A stretch of DNA of 64,000 bases from an uncultured Actinomycetota bacterium (GCA_963758515.1 CAVWVO010000004.1:1513-65512), one strand, 5' to 3'; shown: positions 27,654 to 39,086, counted from the stretch's first letter. Notes: a model not told the origin generated them from the sequence alone. Program-made: numbers and translations.

Positions 27654-30600
27654 TCAGCGCGTGAGGAGCGCGAAACGTCCTGCGAGCGCTGCGACATCCG
27701 GCTCGTCAGTGAAACTGGTCAGACTGCTGTACGACAAACTCCGGGCGCGCTTCTGAGCGAGCGCGACGAAGGCCTCGATGTTGTGCTTGGTCGGGTCGAC
27801 GAACGCCTTGACTGCGGCTACGGCCGTATCGGCGAGCAGTTGTATCGTCGAGTCCCCGCCGGTGGAGGCGATTTGGGAGGCGTTCGCGGCGAAGACCATC
27901 GCTTCGTCTGCTCTGCCGGCGTCGAGTGCCCACCACGCCAGGCCAGCGAGCACGCCGGCCTGGCCGGCGCCGCCGGAAGCGAGTCCGCCTGCACCGCAGG
28001 TCCCGGCAGGAAGGGCGGAGTTCGCGGTAGTAGCTGCCTGCCGCGTCGAGCAGCTCCCGCGCCCTCGCCAGGTTGCCGAGTCGACGAGCTACCGCCGCCT
28101 GACCGACCATCGCGTCGGCAGACACCGCCGGGTTGAAGCTGTAGGCAATCGCCTCCTGGTACAGGGTGTCGGCTGCGTCGTCGTCGCCTTGTTTGCCTCT
28201 CAGCGCGGCAAGGCGGAAGAGATTGAACAGCACATAACCGCGTTGTCCCGCTGCGCGGCATCGCTCCAAGAGCGCCTCGTAGGTTGCTGACGCACCATCG
28301 AGGTCGCCTCGGGAGTCGGCGATGCCGGCAAGGATGCTGAGCGGGTCGACGGTATACCAGACCTCCCCTTGAGCGTCGAAGCGCTTGACGCTCGAGCGGG
28401 CGGCTGGCTCGGCGTCATCGAGCCGCCCCAACAACGCCAAGTTCCAGGCGACTATCAAGTCGTGCACGGCGAGCTGCCAGCCGTGCGCAGCCGGTTCCAG
28501 CAGATCGTGCGCCGCGCTCAATGCGTCGAGAGATCGTTCGAACTTGTGGGCGCGCATAAGCACAGTGGCACAGAGCACCAGGGCCTCCGCTCGACGAACC
28601 CGATCGTCGCCGGGTGTCAACGCGGCGACTGCCGCTTCACATTCGAGGGCACCAGCCTCTGGGCTGAACGCAAGGGACACGAAATAGCCGTGCCAGACCC
28701 GTGCGGTCGCTGCCAACTCAGGACGGCGCGACCCCTTCGCCTCGAGGGCGTCACCGAGCCAGCGTGCTCCTTCGACATAGTCGCTGTTGATGAACCACAG
28801 CCAGGCCATTCCCGAGACCAACGACAGAGCCTCATCGGCGTCGTCTCTAGTGATGAACCAGTCGAGCGCCGCCCGCAGGTTGCCCAGCTCCGCGGTGAGG
28901 CGTTTCCGCCAGATCGGCCCGGTGGCGCCTCGCAGACCCTCGTGGGCCTCCTCGGCCATCTGTCGGTAGTGGGCGCCATGCCTGCCGCAAATGGCCTCAA
29001 CCTCGTCGGCTTCATCGAGCCGGTCCCGGCCGTATTGCCACAGCGTCTGGAGCTGAGTGAACCGGGCGTCACGACCGGCGTTAGGGCGGGCGACGAGGGA
29101 CTTGTCGACCAACCGGCTTAGAAGGTCGAGTATCTCACCGGCCGGCACCTCGTCGTCGGCACAGACCGCCTCGGCGGCCTCCAGGTCGCAGCCCCCCGCG
29201 AAGACCGCTAGTCGAGCGAACAGGCGGCGTTCGTCTTCGAACAGCAGGTCGTAGCTCCAGTCCACCACCGCCCGAAGGGTTTGTTGGCGGGGCAGGGCTG
29301 TGCGGGCGCCCATGGTGAGCAGCCGGAAGCGATCGTCCAGCCGTTCTGCCAGCGTGGCCAATGTAAGTGAACGAAGGCGGGCGGCGGCAAGCTCAACGGC
29401 TAGAGGAAGCCCGTCCAATCGACGGCAGATGTCGTCGATCACAGGAATGCGTGTGCCCGTCTGCCGCAAATCCGGGTCGGACGGCCCGGGCGCGATCGAC
29501 GAACAGCTCGACTGCAGCCGGCACGGCCAATGGGCCAACGGAAATCAGGACCTCGCCAGGAACGCCGAACGGCTCGCGGCTCGTCGCGATCAGCCGGAGA
29601 CCGGGAAGCGTTCCGACCAGGGTCTCTGCCAGGGCCGCTGCCTGGTCGATCACGTGCTCACAGTTGTCGAGAACGACCAACAGTGACCGACCGGCCAGGT
29701 AACGCACGATGAGCTCCACCGTCGAGTCCGGCGAAGGAGGGCCAATGAGGCCCGCAGCGGCCGCCCCGAGTGCGCTGGCCACGGCCGGCGCAACCCCCCC
29801 GGGGTCGGTGACGCCGGCGAGCTCGACCAGCCAGGCCCCGTCGGGGTGCTCATGGCGCAGAGTGGCGGCCGCCTCTACTGCTAATCGGGTCTTGCCCACC
29901 CCACCTGGGACCGATCAGCGTCACCAGCCGGCTAGATCTGACGGCCTCGCTCAGCTCCTCGATTTCGGCTGTGCGACCGACGAAGCTGCTCAACTGCTCC
30001 CGCAGGTTGCCCGTCGGCATCGGCGTCGGAACCGCCCCAAGATCTGCCCGGCCGGCTGCGGTGAGTGATGGGTCGTGGGCCAGGATGCGGGCCTCGAGTT
30101 CTCGCAGGGCCGGGCCGGGGTCGAGCCCTAGCTCGTCGACCAAACAGTCACGTGCTTCGCTGTAGGCGCGCAAAGCCTCGGCCTGGCGGCCAGCCCGGTA
30201 GAGGGCGAGCATGAGCAGCTCCCACAGTCGCTCGCGAAGGGGATGCTCCCGGGACAACGCCTCAAGCTCACCTATGACCTCGTTATGGCGACCGAGCGCC
30301 AGATCGGCTTCGACGCGGGTCTCGATCGCCACAAGGGTCAACTCGGCGAGATGTGCTCGTTCCCCATCGGCGAAGCCCGCGTACGCGAACTCCGTGAGAG
30401 GCTCCCCCCGTCGCAGCCGTAGCGCTTCGGCTAGAGCGGTTGACGCGAGCGCCATCTCCCCCTTGTCAAAAAGGCGCCGCCCCTCCGCCACCAGCTGTTC
30501 AAAACGGGCAGCGTCGACATCATCCGGACCGATACCGAGGGCATAGCCGGCGTCGGAGGTGACGATCGCCGTCGCTCCGAGGGTACGCCGGAGCTGGCCG

Positions 30601-30797
30601 ATCTGGGCCTGCAAGGCGTTGACCGGGTTGGCCACTTGGTCATCACCCCACAGCGCGTCGATCAGCCGGTCCGCGCTCACAGGCTTTCCCCGCTGAAGCG
30701 CCAGTAGAGCCAGGACCGTTCGCTGCTTGGCACCCCGGACCGGTACCGGCACGCCGCCTTCTACTGCCTCAAACTCGCCGAAGAACCTCACCTCCAC
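27654..30797 (-). pseudogene. SARP (BTAD) - NB-ARC - TPR large regulator (AfsR-like), at least 3 frameshifts
   Basis: The winged-helix/BTAD N-terminus (29850-30797), NB-ARC (29393-29899), helical/TPR part (27706-29538) and C-terminal tail (27654-27953) lie in different frames. An extra A splits the P-loop, reading LIGP-RWGGQD instead of LIGPGGVGKT, near 29906. Confidence 0.8.
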
Positions 30798-30942
30798 GCG
30801 TGCAGCCTACGACCACCGCTCCGCGAGCACCTGAGCAGCTTCCTACTGCGCTGAGGTCCCACCTCAGCGGCACGGCAGTCACGCCTCAGGCCCCGAGCGC
30901 AGCCTTGCCAAGACACGCAGCTCATCGACGAAAGGAAGAGCA

Positions 30943-31872
30943 ATGATCGAGGCACAGCTCCTGACGAAGCGCTATGGAGAAACCGTCGCGGTCGACGGAG
31001 CCTCCTTCGCCGTCCGACCCGGCCACGTGACCGGCTTCCTCGGCCCGAACGGTGCCGGGAAGTCGACCACGATGCGGATGATCCTCGGCCTCGACAGGCC
31101 GAGCTCCGGCGAAGTCCGTGTCAACGGCAAGCCGTACGGGCAGCTCGCCGATCCTCTCAGGTCGGTCGGGGCGCTGCTCGACGCCAAGGCCATCGTCGGC
31201 AGCCGCACCGCCGCCAACCACCTCAAGTGGCTCGCCGACAGCAACGACATCGACCGTCGCCGTGTCGGGGAAGTCCTCGATCTCGTCGGCCTAAGCGAAG
31301 TGGCGGGGAAGCGGGTGGGCACCTTCTCACTTGGCATGAGCCAACGCCTCGGCATCGCCGCTGCCCTCATCGGCGACCCGGAGACGGTGATGTTCGACGA
31401 GCCGATCAACGGCCTCGATCCTGACGGCATCTTGTGGATCCGAAACCTGATGAAGTCGCTCGCCTCAGAGGGCCGCACCGTCTTTCTCTCGAGCCATCTC
31501 ATGAGCGAGATGGCCCAGACCGCCGACCACCTCCTCGTCATCGGGAGGGGCCGCATCATCGCCGATGCCAGCACCGAGGAGTTCGTCAACCACAACTCGG
31601 CTCCGAGCGTCAGGGTCCGGGCGCTCGAGCAGGGCGAGCTGGCGAACGCCCTGACACAGCGCGGCGCTCTTATCGAGAGCGGTCCCGACGGCTGCATGGT
31701 CGTGACGGGGCTCGACGCCGCCGCAGTCGGCGGAGCCGCTTCTGCTGACGGCATCACCCTCCTCGAGCTCGCTCCGCAGGTGAGCTCGCTCGAGGAGGCG
31801 TTCTTCGAATTGACCCGAGATGAGACCGACTACCACGCCGGCGAGCTCGTCGGCTCCACGAAAGGAAACTGA
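30943..31872 (+). CDS. ABC-2 type (DrrA-like) ATP-binding protein
   Basis: GPNGAGKST, LSLGMSQRLGIAAAL, VMFDEP. RBS-like GAAAGGAAG upstream. Confidence 0.9.
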   Translation: MIEAQLLTKRYGETVAVDGASFAVRPGHVTGFLGPNGAGKSTTMRMILGLDRPSSGEVRVNGKPYGQLADPLRSVGALLDAKAIVGSRTAANHLKWLADSNDIDRRRVGEVLDLVGLSEVAGKRVGTFSLGMSQRLGIAAALIGDPETVMFDEPINGLDPDGILWIRNLMKSLASEGRTVFLSSHLMSEMAQTADHLLVIGRGRIIADASTEEFVNHNSAPSVRVRALEQGELANALTQRGALIESGPDGCMVVTGLDAAAVGGAASADGITLLELAPQVSSLEEAFFELTRDETDYHAGELVGSTKGN

Positions 31873-31873
31873 C

Positions 31874-32684
31874 ATGAGCGTCACGACCCATCCGACCCCG
31901 CCGGCAGTCCCGGTTCTCAGCACCACGATCAGCAGGATCCTGAAGGCGGAGTGGACGAAGCTTCGCACCCTACCCTCCACCTGGCGGACGGTCGCCTTTG
32001 CCTTCGCCTTCTCCATCGCGGCGGGCGCCATCCTCGTGAGCTACCAGGCCAATGGGTGGGCCACCATGACGCCTAGCGAGCGCGGCGACCTTCGACGCCA
32101 CGAGCTGCTCGCTGTTCGGCATCATGATCGCCGCCGTGCTGCTCGGATCGCTCGCCGTGCGATCCGTCGCCGCCGAGTACGCCTCCGGCATGATCCGCTC
32201 CACCTTCACCGCCATGCCGGCGAGGCGACTCGTGCTGGCGGGCAAGGCAGCCACAGTGGCCGCATTCGCCTTCCCTCTGGCGCTTCTGTCCAACTTCGTC
32301 GCCTTCGAGATCGGCCAGCGGATCTTCGCCGGAAAGCACCTCCAAGTGACCCTCGGCCATCCCGGCGTGCTCGGGGCGATCTTCTTCGGCGCCGTGGCAG
32401 TCAGCCTCATCGCCGTCATCGGTGTCGGTCTCGGCGGGGTTATCCGGCACACCGCAGGGGCGACCGCTGCAATGGCCGTCGTCATCGTCGGAGGCGTCAC
32501 CTTCGGCCAGCTCCTTCCGGCAGGCGTGCGTGGCTACCTCCCCGGCACCGCCCTCCAGGCGGCCGTGACCGTCCATCGTTCGCCCGGGATCCTCGCGCCG
32601 GGCACGGCCATCGTGGTCCTCGCGGTGTATGCGGTGATCACGCTGGTGGCGGCCTCGATACGGGCAGCGCACCGCGACGCCTGA
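31874..32684 (+). pseudogene. ABC-2 family permease, +1 frameshift at about 32090
   Basis: ILKAEWTKLRTLPSTWRTVAFAF... reads to ..SERGD, then continues as FDATSCSLFGIMIAAVLLGSLAVRSVAAEYASGMIRSTF in the frame of ORF 32124-32684. Confidence 0.75.
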
Positions 32685-32769
32685 ATCGACGGTGGCCACC
32701 GTCACATCCCAACGCACTTTGATCGAAGACCTTGCAGCATTCACGACTATCAACCGACTGGAGAAGTCA

Positions 32770-33477
32770 ATGAACAACGCCAGGCAAACACGCCAGCGGC
32801 TGTTGGCACTTGCTCTTCCCCTCACTGCCGCCCTCTACATCGGCGCCGAGGGTCTCAACCCCAAGGGGACCGACAAGATCATCACGACAACGGCGATCGC
32901 ATTCAAGGTGCTGCCGATCGCGGCGAAGCACTCAACACAGCTCTACGCCTCGGGCTCGCTCTCAGAACTCGCCCTCGGCGCCGTCGCTGTCATGTATGGG
33001 GCAGTCGCCTTGCTCGTCCGAAAGCGCGGGTCGACGACTGCAACCATTGCGGCACTGATCGGTGGGATCGGTGCCTTCTGCGGTGCCATCGTCAACGTCT
33101 TTGTCGGCCTCAATCTCGCTGCTGCTGCGACGGCGCACGTGACGCGACAGGCAGCTGCTCGGATCCTCGTCGCGAACTTCAACTCGAGAGCGGGTCAGGT
33201 GTTCACGGACATCTACGCCTTCAGCGAGTTTGTCGCCCCGGTCATCATGGGGGTTGCCCTTTGGCGAAGCCGTCGCGTCCCACGCTGGCTCGCCGTCCTG
33301 TTCGCCGTCGGCTTCGAGGCCGCCGAGCAGACGGGATCGTTCGGTCTCACCAAGGTCGTCTTGTTCATGGCGCCGTTCGCCGCAGCGATGGTCCTTCTGG
33401 CGGTGCGCATCTGGAAGGAGCCCGAGCCTGCTTTGCCGGTGACCGACAGTAAGGAGCAACTTCTCGCGACTGTCTGA
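32770..33477 (+). CDS. Hypothetical polytopic membrane protein
   Basis: ATG at 32770 preceded by GGAGAAG. About 6 hydrophobic spans. Family not recognised. Confidence 0.55.
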   Translation: MNNARQTRQRLLALALPLTAALYIGAEGLNPKGTDKIITTTAIAFKVLPIAAKHSTQLYASGSLSELALGAVAVMYGAVALLVRKRGSTTATIAALIGGIGAFCGAIVNVFVGLNLAAAATAHVTRQAAARILVANFNSRAGQVFTDIYAFSEFVAPVIMGVALWRSRRVPRWLAVLFAVGFEAAEQTGSFGLTKVVLFMAPFAAAMVLLAVRIWKEPEPALPVTDSKEQLLATV

Positions 33478-33622
33478 TATCTCGGTCCGAGCTGAGCTCG
33501 GACGATCGCCTCGGGCCTTGGTTGGCGAAGCGGTCGCAGCAAACCCTTGGCGACACTGCCGGCTGGATCGGCCCATTGCAGCACAGACGTGCAACACCTC
33601 TCGACAACAGAAGGGAATTCTG

Positions 33623-35243
33623 ATGAAGATTCGCAACCGCATGACGGTCGGCCTCGCTGCCGCACTCGTGTTCGTGCTTGTTCCAGTGCTCGGGGCAGCC
33701 CCGGCAGGGGCAGTCGACCGGGCGAGGCCCGTGCCGGCCATCGCCTGGCACGTCTGTCCCGCCGGCAGCGCCGCCGCCATGGCGGGCGGCTTCGTGTGCG
33801 CGACGGTCACCGCCCCTTTGGACTACGAGCACCCGTCCGGGCCGAAGATCAAGCTCGCCATCGTGGAGCACCCTGCAGCCGACTTGAGGTCGCGGGGCGT
33901 GATCTTCGTGAACCCGGGAGGCCCCGGCGGGCGAGGGAACGGTCCAGATCCCGCAATGGCTGGGCTTCTTTCCGAAGGAGATGCTCCGTGACTTCGACAT
34001 CGTGAGTTGGGACCCGCGAGGCGTCGGCTCCAGCACAGCGGTTCAGTGCTTCCCCAATCAAGGCGCCGAGACGGCTTTTCTCGGCAAGGACGCGTATCTC
34101 CCCACTCGCCGGGATGAGCAGGCTGGCTACATCGCCCGGTGGCGGGAGTTCGGCAAGATCTGCGAGACAACGAACCACGCCCTCCTCGAGCACGTTTCAA
34201 CCGCCGACTCCGCCCGCGACCTGAACCTGCTACGGCTGGACCTCGGCCAGGCCAAGCTCGATTACCTCGGTGTCTCCTACGGCACGTTCCTCGGCGCCAC
34301 CTACGCCAACTTGTTCCCGCGTCACGTGGGTCGGATGGTTCTCGACGGGAACACCGCGCCCGACGCCGTCGCCGACGGTGGCAAGCCGAATCCAGCCCTG
34401 GCCCTCTCGCTCCGCCTCGGCGAGAACAGCGCGGTCGCCAAGGTGCTCGACTCCTTCCTGCACATCTGCGGGCAGGCGAGCACCTCGGTCTGTGCCTTCT
34501 CGGCCGGCAGCCCCGCCGCCACCGACGCCAAGTGGAGTGGCCTCCTCGCCCGCCTGCGGCGGGCGCCCATCAACCTTGGTGGTCCGTTCACCTACGCGGA
34601 ACTGCTCAACGTCGCGAGCGCCGACCTCGACTTCGTACAGCCGTACACGACGCCGGTGACCGGTGGAGACGTCCCGGGGTGGTCCGGAATGGCTCAGGGC
34701 CTCGAGCAGCTGTGGCTGGCGCGCAACCAGAAGGCGAGTACCGCCGCCCCGACAGCACCGGCCGACGTTACACAGGCACCCGAGCGATACTCCGGCGCCG
34801 AGCAGGCCTATGCGATCATCTGCGACGACTCGCCGAGCCCTGCGGCCAGTGCCTACGGTCACCTGCAACATCTCGTGATCGCCGGTGGCAGCGTCATCGG
34901 GCTGCCGTACCTGTGGGAGCAGGACGAGCCGTGCGCCACCTGGCCGGTGCACGGGGTGAACACGTACAGCGGTCCCTGGAGCGCCCACACGAGCCCGATC
35001 CTCGTGATCAACAACACCAACGACCCGGCGACTTCGCTGGCGAACGCCAAGGCGATGACCCACGAGCTCGGCGATGCCCGGCTCCTCGTCGTCAAGGGCT
35101 ACGGCCACACCTCCTTCCTCAACCCGAGCACGTGCGCCGAGAACCACATGACGGCGTATTTCCTCACCGGCGCTCTCCCGCCGAAGGGAACCGTATGCAG
35201 CCAGAACCTCCCGCCTTTCGCGGCCGCGATCGGACAGCCATGA
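33623..35243 (+). pseudogene. Secreted alpha/beta hydrolase (TAP-like), frameshift near 33927-33935
   Basis: Signal peptide MKIRNRMTVGLAAALVFVLVPVLGAAPAGA and ..FVNPGGPGG, then the frame switches to ..EGTVQIPQWLGFFPKEMLRDFDIVSWDPRGVG. Nucleophile GVSYGT. C-terminal TAP-like region. Confidence 0.75.
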
Positions 35244-35302
35244 CGAGTCTTCGACCAGTTCTGGCAGCGAACCGAAGGACCGAAATCACCAAGGAGAGCA
35301 CC

Positions 35303-36172
35303 ATGACAACCGTCCAGACCGAAAAGACCCGGTACGTGATCCGGCCGGAAGGGCGCATCGGTTACGACGTTGCGGGTAACGGCCCTCTAGTCGTGCTCGT
35401 GCCAGGCATGGGCGACCTGCGAGGCGCCTATCGCTTCCTCGCGCCCCGGTTGCGAGGGGAGGGTTACCAGGTGGCTTGCACGGACCTTCGCGGCCACGGC
35501 GACAGCGACGCCACCTTCAGCTCATATGGCGACATCGAGACAGCCGGAGACATCATCGCTCTCGTCGAGGAGCTCGGCGGTCCCGCCGTGATCATCGGCA
35601 ACTCCATGAGCGCCGGTTCCGCCGCCTTTGTCGCAGCGACACGGCCCGACCTGGTGCGGGGCCTTGTGCTCCTCGGTCCATTCGTCCGCAACCCGAAAGT
35701 GAGCGCCATGCAGCGGGCACTGCTCCGGGTCGTCATGGCCAAGCCGTGGGCGGCTCTGTCGTGGAAGGCCTACATGCCAAAGCTGTACGCCGGCCGGCGG
35801 CCCGACGATTTCGGCGAGTACCGGGACGAGGTCGTGGCCAGCCTTCGCAGGCCGGGGCATGCAAAGGCATTCTCCCTCACGACTCGTACGGACCATGCCC
35901 CGGTAGAGGCTCGGCTCGCCGAAGTGTCGGCGCCCACCCTCGTCGTAATGGGGAAGCAGGACCCCGACTTCGCCGATCCGCGGGCGGAGGCCGACTGGAT
36001 AGCGGACGCATTGCACGCTGAGGTCGTCATGGTCCCTGAGGCCGGTCATTACCCCCAGTCGCAACGACCAGACGTCACTAACGATGCGGTCCTGGCGTTC
36101 TTGGCGGCAGTCGCCAACCGCAAAGCGACACCTGCCGATCCGGCAATTGCCCCCACCGAGACAGGAAGATGA
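35303..36172 (+). CDS. Alpha/beta hydrolase
   Basis: ATG at 35303 after AAGGAGAG. VLVPGMGD, GNSMSAG nucleophile elbow, C-terminal EAGHYPQ. Confidence 0.85.
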   Translation: MTTVQTEKTRYVIRPEGRIGYDVAGNGPLVVLVPGMGDLRGAYRFLAPRLRGEGYQVACTDLRGHGDSDATFSSYGDIETAGDIIALVEELGGPAVIIGNSMSAGSAAFVAATRPDLVRGLVLLGPFVRNPKVSAMQRALLRVVMAKPWAALSWKAYMPKLYAGRRPDDFGEYRDEVVASLRRPGHAKAFSLTTRTDHAPVEARLAEVSAPTLVVMGKQDPDFADPRAEADWIADALHAEVVMVPEAGHYPQSQRPDVTNDAVLAFLAAVANRKATPADPAIAPTETGR

Positions 36173-36642
36173 GCGTGCCCACAGAGACCTCCGTCGGCGC
36201 CTTCATCGCACCCCGTGACGGCGTAGTTCTCGGGCCGCCGCGCCGATGGCTCCGTCTCGAAGGTGCGACTCTCCTAGTCGGCTCTCTCGTCGCCTTTTCG
36301 ACTACCCGGCAGGCCTGGTGGATGGTACCGGTCACGCTTCTCGCACCCGACCTGCTCGCGTTCGGTTACCTAGGCAGCACGCGGCTCGGGGCGCGCCTGT
36401 ACAACCTTGCTCATAGCATTCTGTTGCCGGCAGGGCTCGTGGGCCTCAGCTGGTGGCAGCACAAGCCGCTCGTATTGGCACTTGCCGTTACCTGGCTCGC
36501 TCACATCGGTTTCGATCGGCTACTTGGCTACGGTCTCAAGTACGACGACGACTTCAAGCACACTCATCTGGGACATCTCGGGCGACGAGAAGTTGATGTC
36601 AGCCGCCGACTCGACATTGGCATCCGTGACGCAGCGGACTGA
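36169..36642 (+). CDS. DUF4260-family membrane protein
   Basis: ATGA overlap with the upstream gene. ..LLAPDLLAFGYLGSTRLGARLYNLAHS..WLAHIGFDRLLGYGLKY pattern. Confidence 0.7.
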   Translation: MSVPTETSVGAFIAPRDGVVLGPPRRWLRLEGATLLVGSLVAFSTTRQAWWMVPVTLLAPDLLAFGYLGSTRLGARLYNLAHSILLPAGLVGLSWWQHKPLVLALAVTWLAHIGFDRLLGYGLKYDDDFKHTHLGHLGRREVDVSRRLDIGIRDAAD

Positions 36643-36789
36643 CGTGGATAAAGCCCGCTTGAACATCTCGGCCGCCAGACTAGGACTCAAGACCACTTGC
36701 AGGCCCGGCGTGGCACTGCTGACGATGTGCGATCAGCGGGACGATCCTCGCACGAGCGCATAGGTTCTCGCAATTTCTTGGGGCGCATC

Positions 36790-37090
36790 CGACGCCTCGG
36801 AAAGCGCCGGCTCGACCTCCCACAGGTCGACTTCGAGCTCACCGTCGACGAGGCGATAGCGCGTTCCATACCGCTCGACGAGGCACAGCCCGGGAGACGC
36901 CGGAAGCCTCCCGCAGCCGTGTACGGAGACTCGTCACCGTGTTCCAGAACCGCTGGCTGACCTTGCCGGATCCACCTCCGGCCAGAGCGCCTCGACCACG
37001 GTCTCCCGGAACGAGCAACTGACCTGCTCCGAGAACACCTTGCCAGTGCCGGCTGTGACCCTCTCGCCCTCCGCATCGTCGCTCATCTCC
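36790..37090 (-). pseudogene. Remnant of an OmpR/PhoB-type winged-helix DNA-binding domain
   Basis: Fragments ..WNTVTSLRTRLRE.. and ..LVERYGTRYRLV.. lie in two minus-strand frames. There is no receiver domain upstream. Confidence 0.3.
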
Positions 37091-37294
37091 TGGCGCCAAT
37101 GGGAAGGACCAACTGGTCATCGACCTCGCCGACCAGTTTCCGGCTTGTCATCCGGCCCACTGGCGCGGAGCGCCGGACCGCTCTCGGCACAGGCAAGTCA
37201 CGCTGGTCGCCTAACAGGCGCTTTAACGGCTTATGTTTTAGGGGCCATCGAGACGTGAGTTGCTGGTCACATCAGGCTCGGCCACTATGGCGTC

Positions 37295-38383
37295 GTGAAT
37301 GTCGGCGGGTGGGTCGACCCTCGATTCGCTGCGGTCCGCGACGAGTTCCAGGGCGTCCTAGAGGAGCAGCGTGGCACTGGTGCCGCCTATGCCGTCTGGT
37401 GCGACGGCCGCCGGGTAGTGGATCTCTGGGGCGGTCACGCTGATGTCAGTAGGCGGGCGCCATGGGTGTCTGACAGCCTGGTTCAGCCCTACTCGGTAAG
37501 CAAGCCATTCGTGGCGGTCTGCGCGCTGAAACTGGTGGAATCGGGCGGTCTCGACCTCGATGGACCGGTGCAAAAGTATTGGCCCGAGTTCGTAGCCCCG
37601 GCCACTGTGCGCCAGCTGTTGTCGCACCAAGCGGGTGTGGTGGCATTGGCCGCCCCGGCACCGACCGAGGCCTTCTACGACTGGGACTACCTGTGCCAAC
37701 TCCTGGCGGCACAAGAGCCGGCATGGGAACCGGGCACAGCGCATGGCGAGTCGGCATTGTTCTACGGACATCTCGTCGGCGAGCTGGTCCGACGGGTCGA
37801 TGGGCGCACTCTCGGCCGGTTCCTCCGCGAGGAGATATGCGGACCTCTCGGAATCGACTTCTCCTTCGGCCTCGACCCGGCACAGCAAGCCCGGACGGTT
37901 GAGCTGACTGGTCTCGACAGCTCGTTCCGGGCCGCCAACGCATCGGGACGGCCGCCGCTATACCTGCGGGCGGTCGGCAACCCCCCGGGCGCGCAGGACG
38001 GTGCCGTCGTCAACAGCCCTGCATGGCGCACCGCAGAGATCCCCGCCGTCAACGGGCATGGCACGGCGCGAGCCGTCGCCGGGTTCTACCACGCCCTGTC
38101 CACTGGCAAGATCCTGCGACCCGACACTCTGGCGGAGGCGACGCGCCCGCAGTGCTCGGGGACGGACCAGGTGTTCGGAGACGACAACGCTTGGGGGCTC
38201 GGATTCGGGATCGATGACGAGGGATTCGGGATGGGAGGCCTGGGTGGGAGCTACGGCGCGACAAGCACCCGCGGGGGCTATTCCCTCGGCTTCGTAACGG
38301 GCAGCGTCGGTACCCATCAGCGCGTCACGAGTCTTGAGAACAGCCTTCGGACTTGTCTCGCATTGGAGCCACTCGACGCCTGA
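37295..38383 (+). CDS. Beta-lactamase-related serine hydrolase (class C/esterase type)
   Basis: Intact 362-aa ORF with SxxK motif YSVSKPF and the expected length for the family. Confidence 0.85.
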   Translation: MNVGGWVDPRFAAVRDEFQGVLEEQRGTGAAYAVWCDGRRVVDLWGGHADVSRRAPWVSDSLVQPYSVSKPFVAVCALKLVESGGLDLDGPVQKYWPEFVAPATVRQLLSHQAGVVALAAPAPTEAFYDWDYLCQLLAAQEPAWEPGTAHGESALFYGHLVGELVRRVDGRTLGRFLREEICGPLGIDFSFGLDPAQQARTVELTGLDSSFRAANASGRPPLYLRAVGNPPGAQDGAVVNSPAWRTAEIPAVNGHGTARAVAGFYHALSTGKILRPDTLAEATRPQCSGTDQVFGDDNAWGLGFGIDDEGFGMGGLGGSYGATSTRGGYSLGFVTGSVGTHQRVTSLENSLRTCLALEPLDA

Positions 38384-38436
38384 GGAGGAACACCTCCATT
38401 GAGCCAGCCGTCCGCGGGGAGCAGGTCACGGGACCA

Positions 38437-38990
38437 CGATCGATTCAGCTCTGCAGCACTGAACGGGGACGCTGCAGCTGTGTCCTCAGCGCCCGTTGGG
38501 TATCAAAATTGGGTATCAACGTGTGCCTACCCACCCCGTTGCGATCCAACGCGCTAGACAAAAGGCCCAGTTCAAGCTGTTGTCGGCCGCCTGCAGCAAC
38601 CCTCCAGACAACCTGGAACGGCTTTGCAAGCCGGGGGTCGCCGGTTCGAGCCCGGTCAGCTCCGATCCAACGCGCTAGACAAAAGGCCCAGTTCAAGCTG
38701 TTGTCGGCCGCCTGCAGCAACCCTCCAGACAACCTGGAGACGGCTTTGCAAGCCGGGGGTCGCCGGTTCGAGCCCGGTCAGCTCCACAGCTAAATCTGAG
38801 TTCAGGCACCTAAGCGGTGTTGCATCGTGGCGTGGTCGCCTTTTTCGGCTGGTCCCTCGACGGAAAAGCGGCAGTACGTGCGCCGCACGGTGCACGGCAC
38901 GAAGCGGGAGCGACTGCAACTCCTTCAGCGCCGACGACCGCCAGGCGATACTCGACACCTTCGACGCCAACGACTTCCCCTTCAAGATCC
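38437..38990 (+). mobile_element. attP-like module B, with its core tandemly duplicated and an integrase N-terminal remnant
   Basis: TTGGGTATCAA at 38496 and 38509. tRNA-Ala-like cores end at 38663 and 38785. The downstream remnant ..FFGWSLDGK / RQYVRRTVHGTKRE.. is split over two frames. Confidence 0.6.
38543..38785 (+). repeat. Tandem duplication, 121 + 122 nt, each unit ending in the tRNA-like T arm and acceptor strand
   Basis: Units 38543-38663 and 38664-38785 are near-identical. One extra base in unit 2: CCTGGAACGGC versus CCTGGAGACGGC. Confidence 0.85.
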
Positions 38991-39016
38991 ATACCGGTGA
39001 CGGCTCAGATGGCGAT

Positions 39017-39056
39017 CAACCTTGGGGTTGACAACCGGACAACGGCGCCCTACCGT
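39017..39056 (+). promoter_or_regulatory. Candidate ArsR operator/promoter (CAACC-TTGG-GGTTG dyad overlapping TTGACA; TACCGT 17 nt downstream)
   Basis: Dyad at 39017-39030, TTGACA at 39028-39033, TACCGT at 39051-39056, gene start at 39087. Confidence 0.4.
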
Positions 39057-39086
39057 CCTATTCAACCAAAGAGTTGAGGAGGGTAG

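Noticed and set aside
34139-36172. A 677-aa ORF as one protein.
   Set aside because: The first ~390 aa are an out-of-frame shadow of the TAP-like hydrolase gene. The real alpha/beta hydrolase starts at the ATG at 35303, which has an AAGGAGAG RBS.
38543-38785. A CRISPR array, considered for the 121-nt, 42-nt (24826) and 39-nt (54317) tandem repeats.
   Set aside because: The units are contiguous with no unique spacers, number only 2-3 copies, lie inside genes or att modules, and no cas genes are present.
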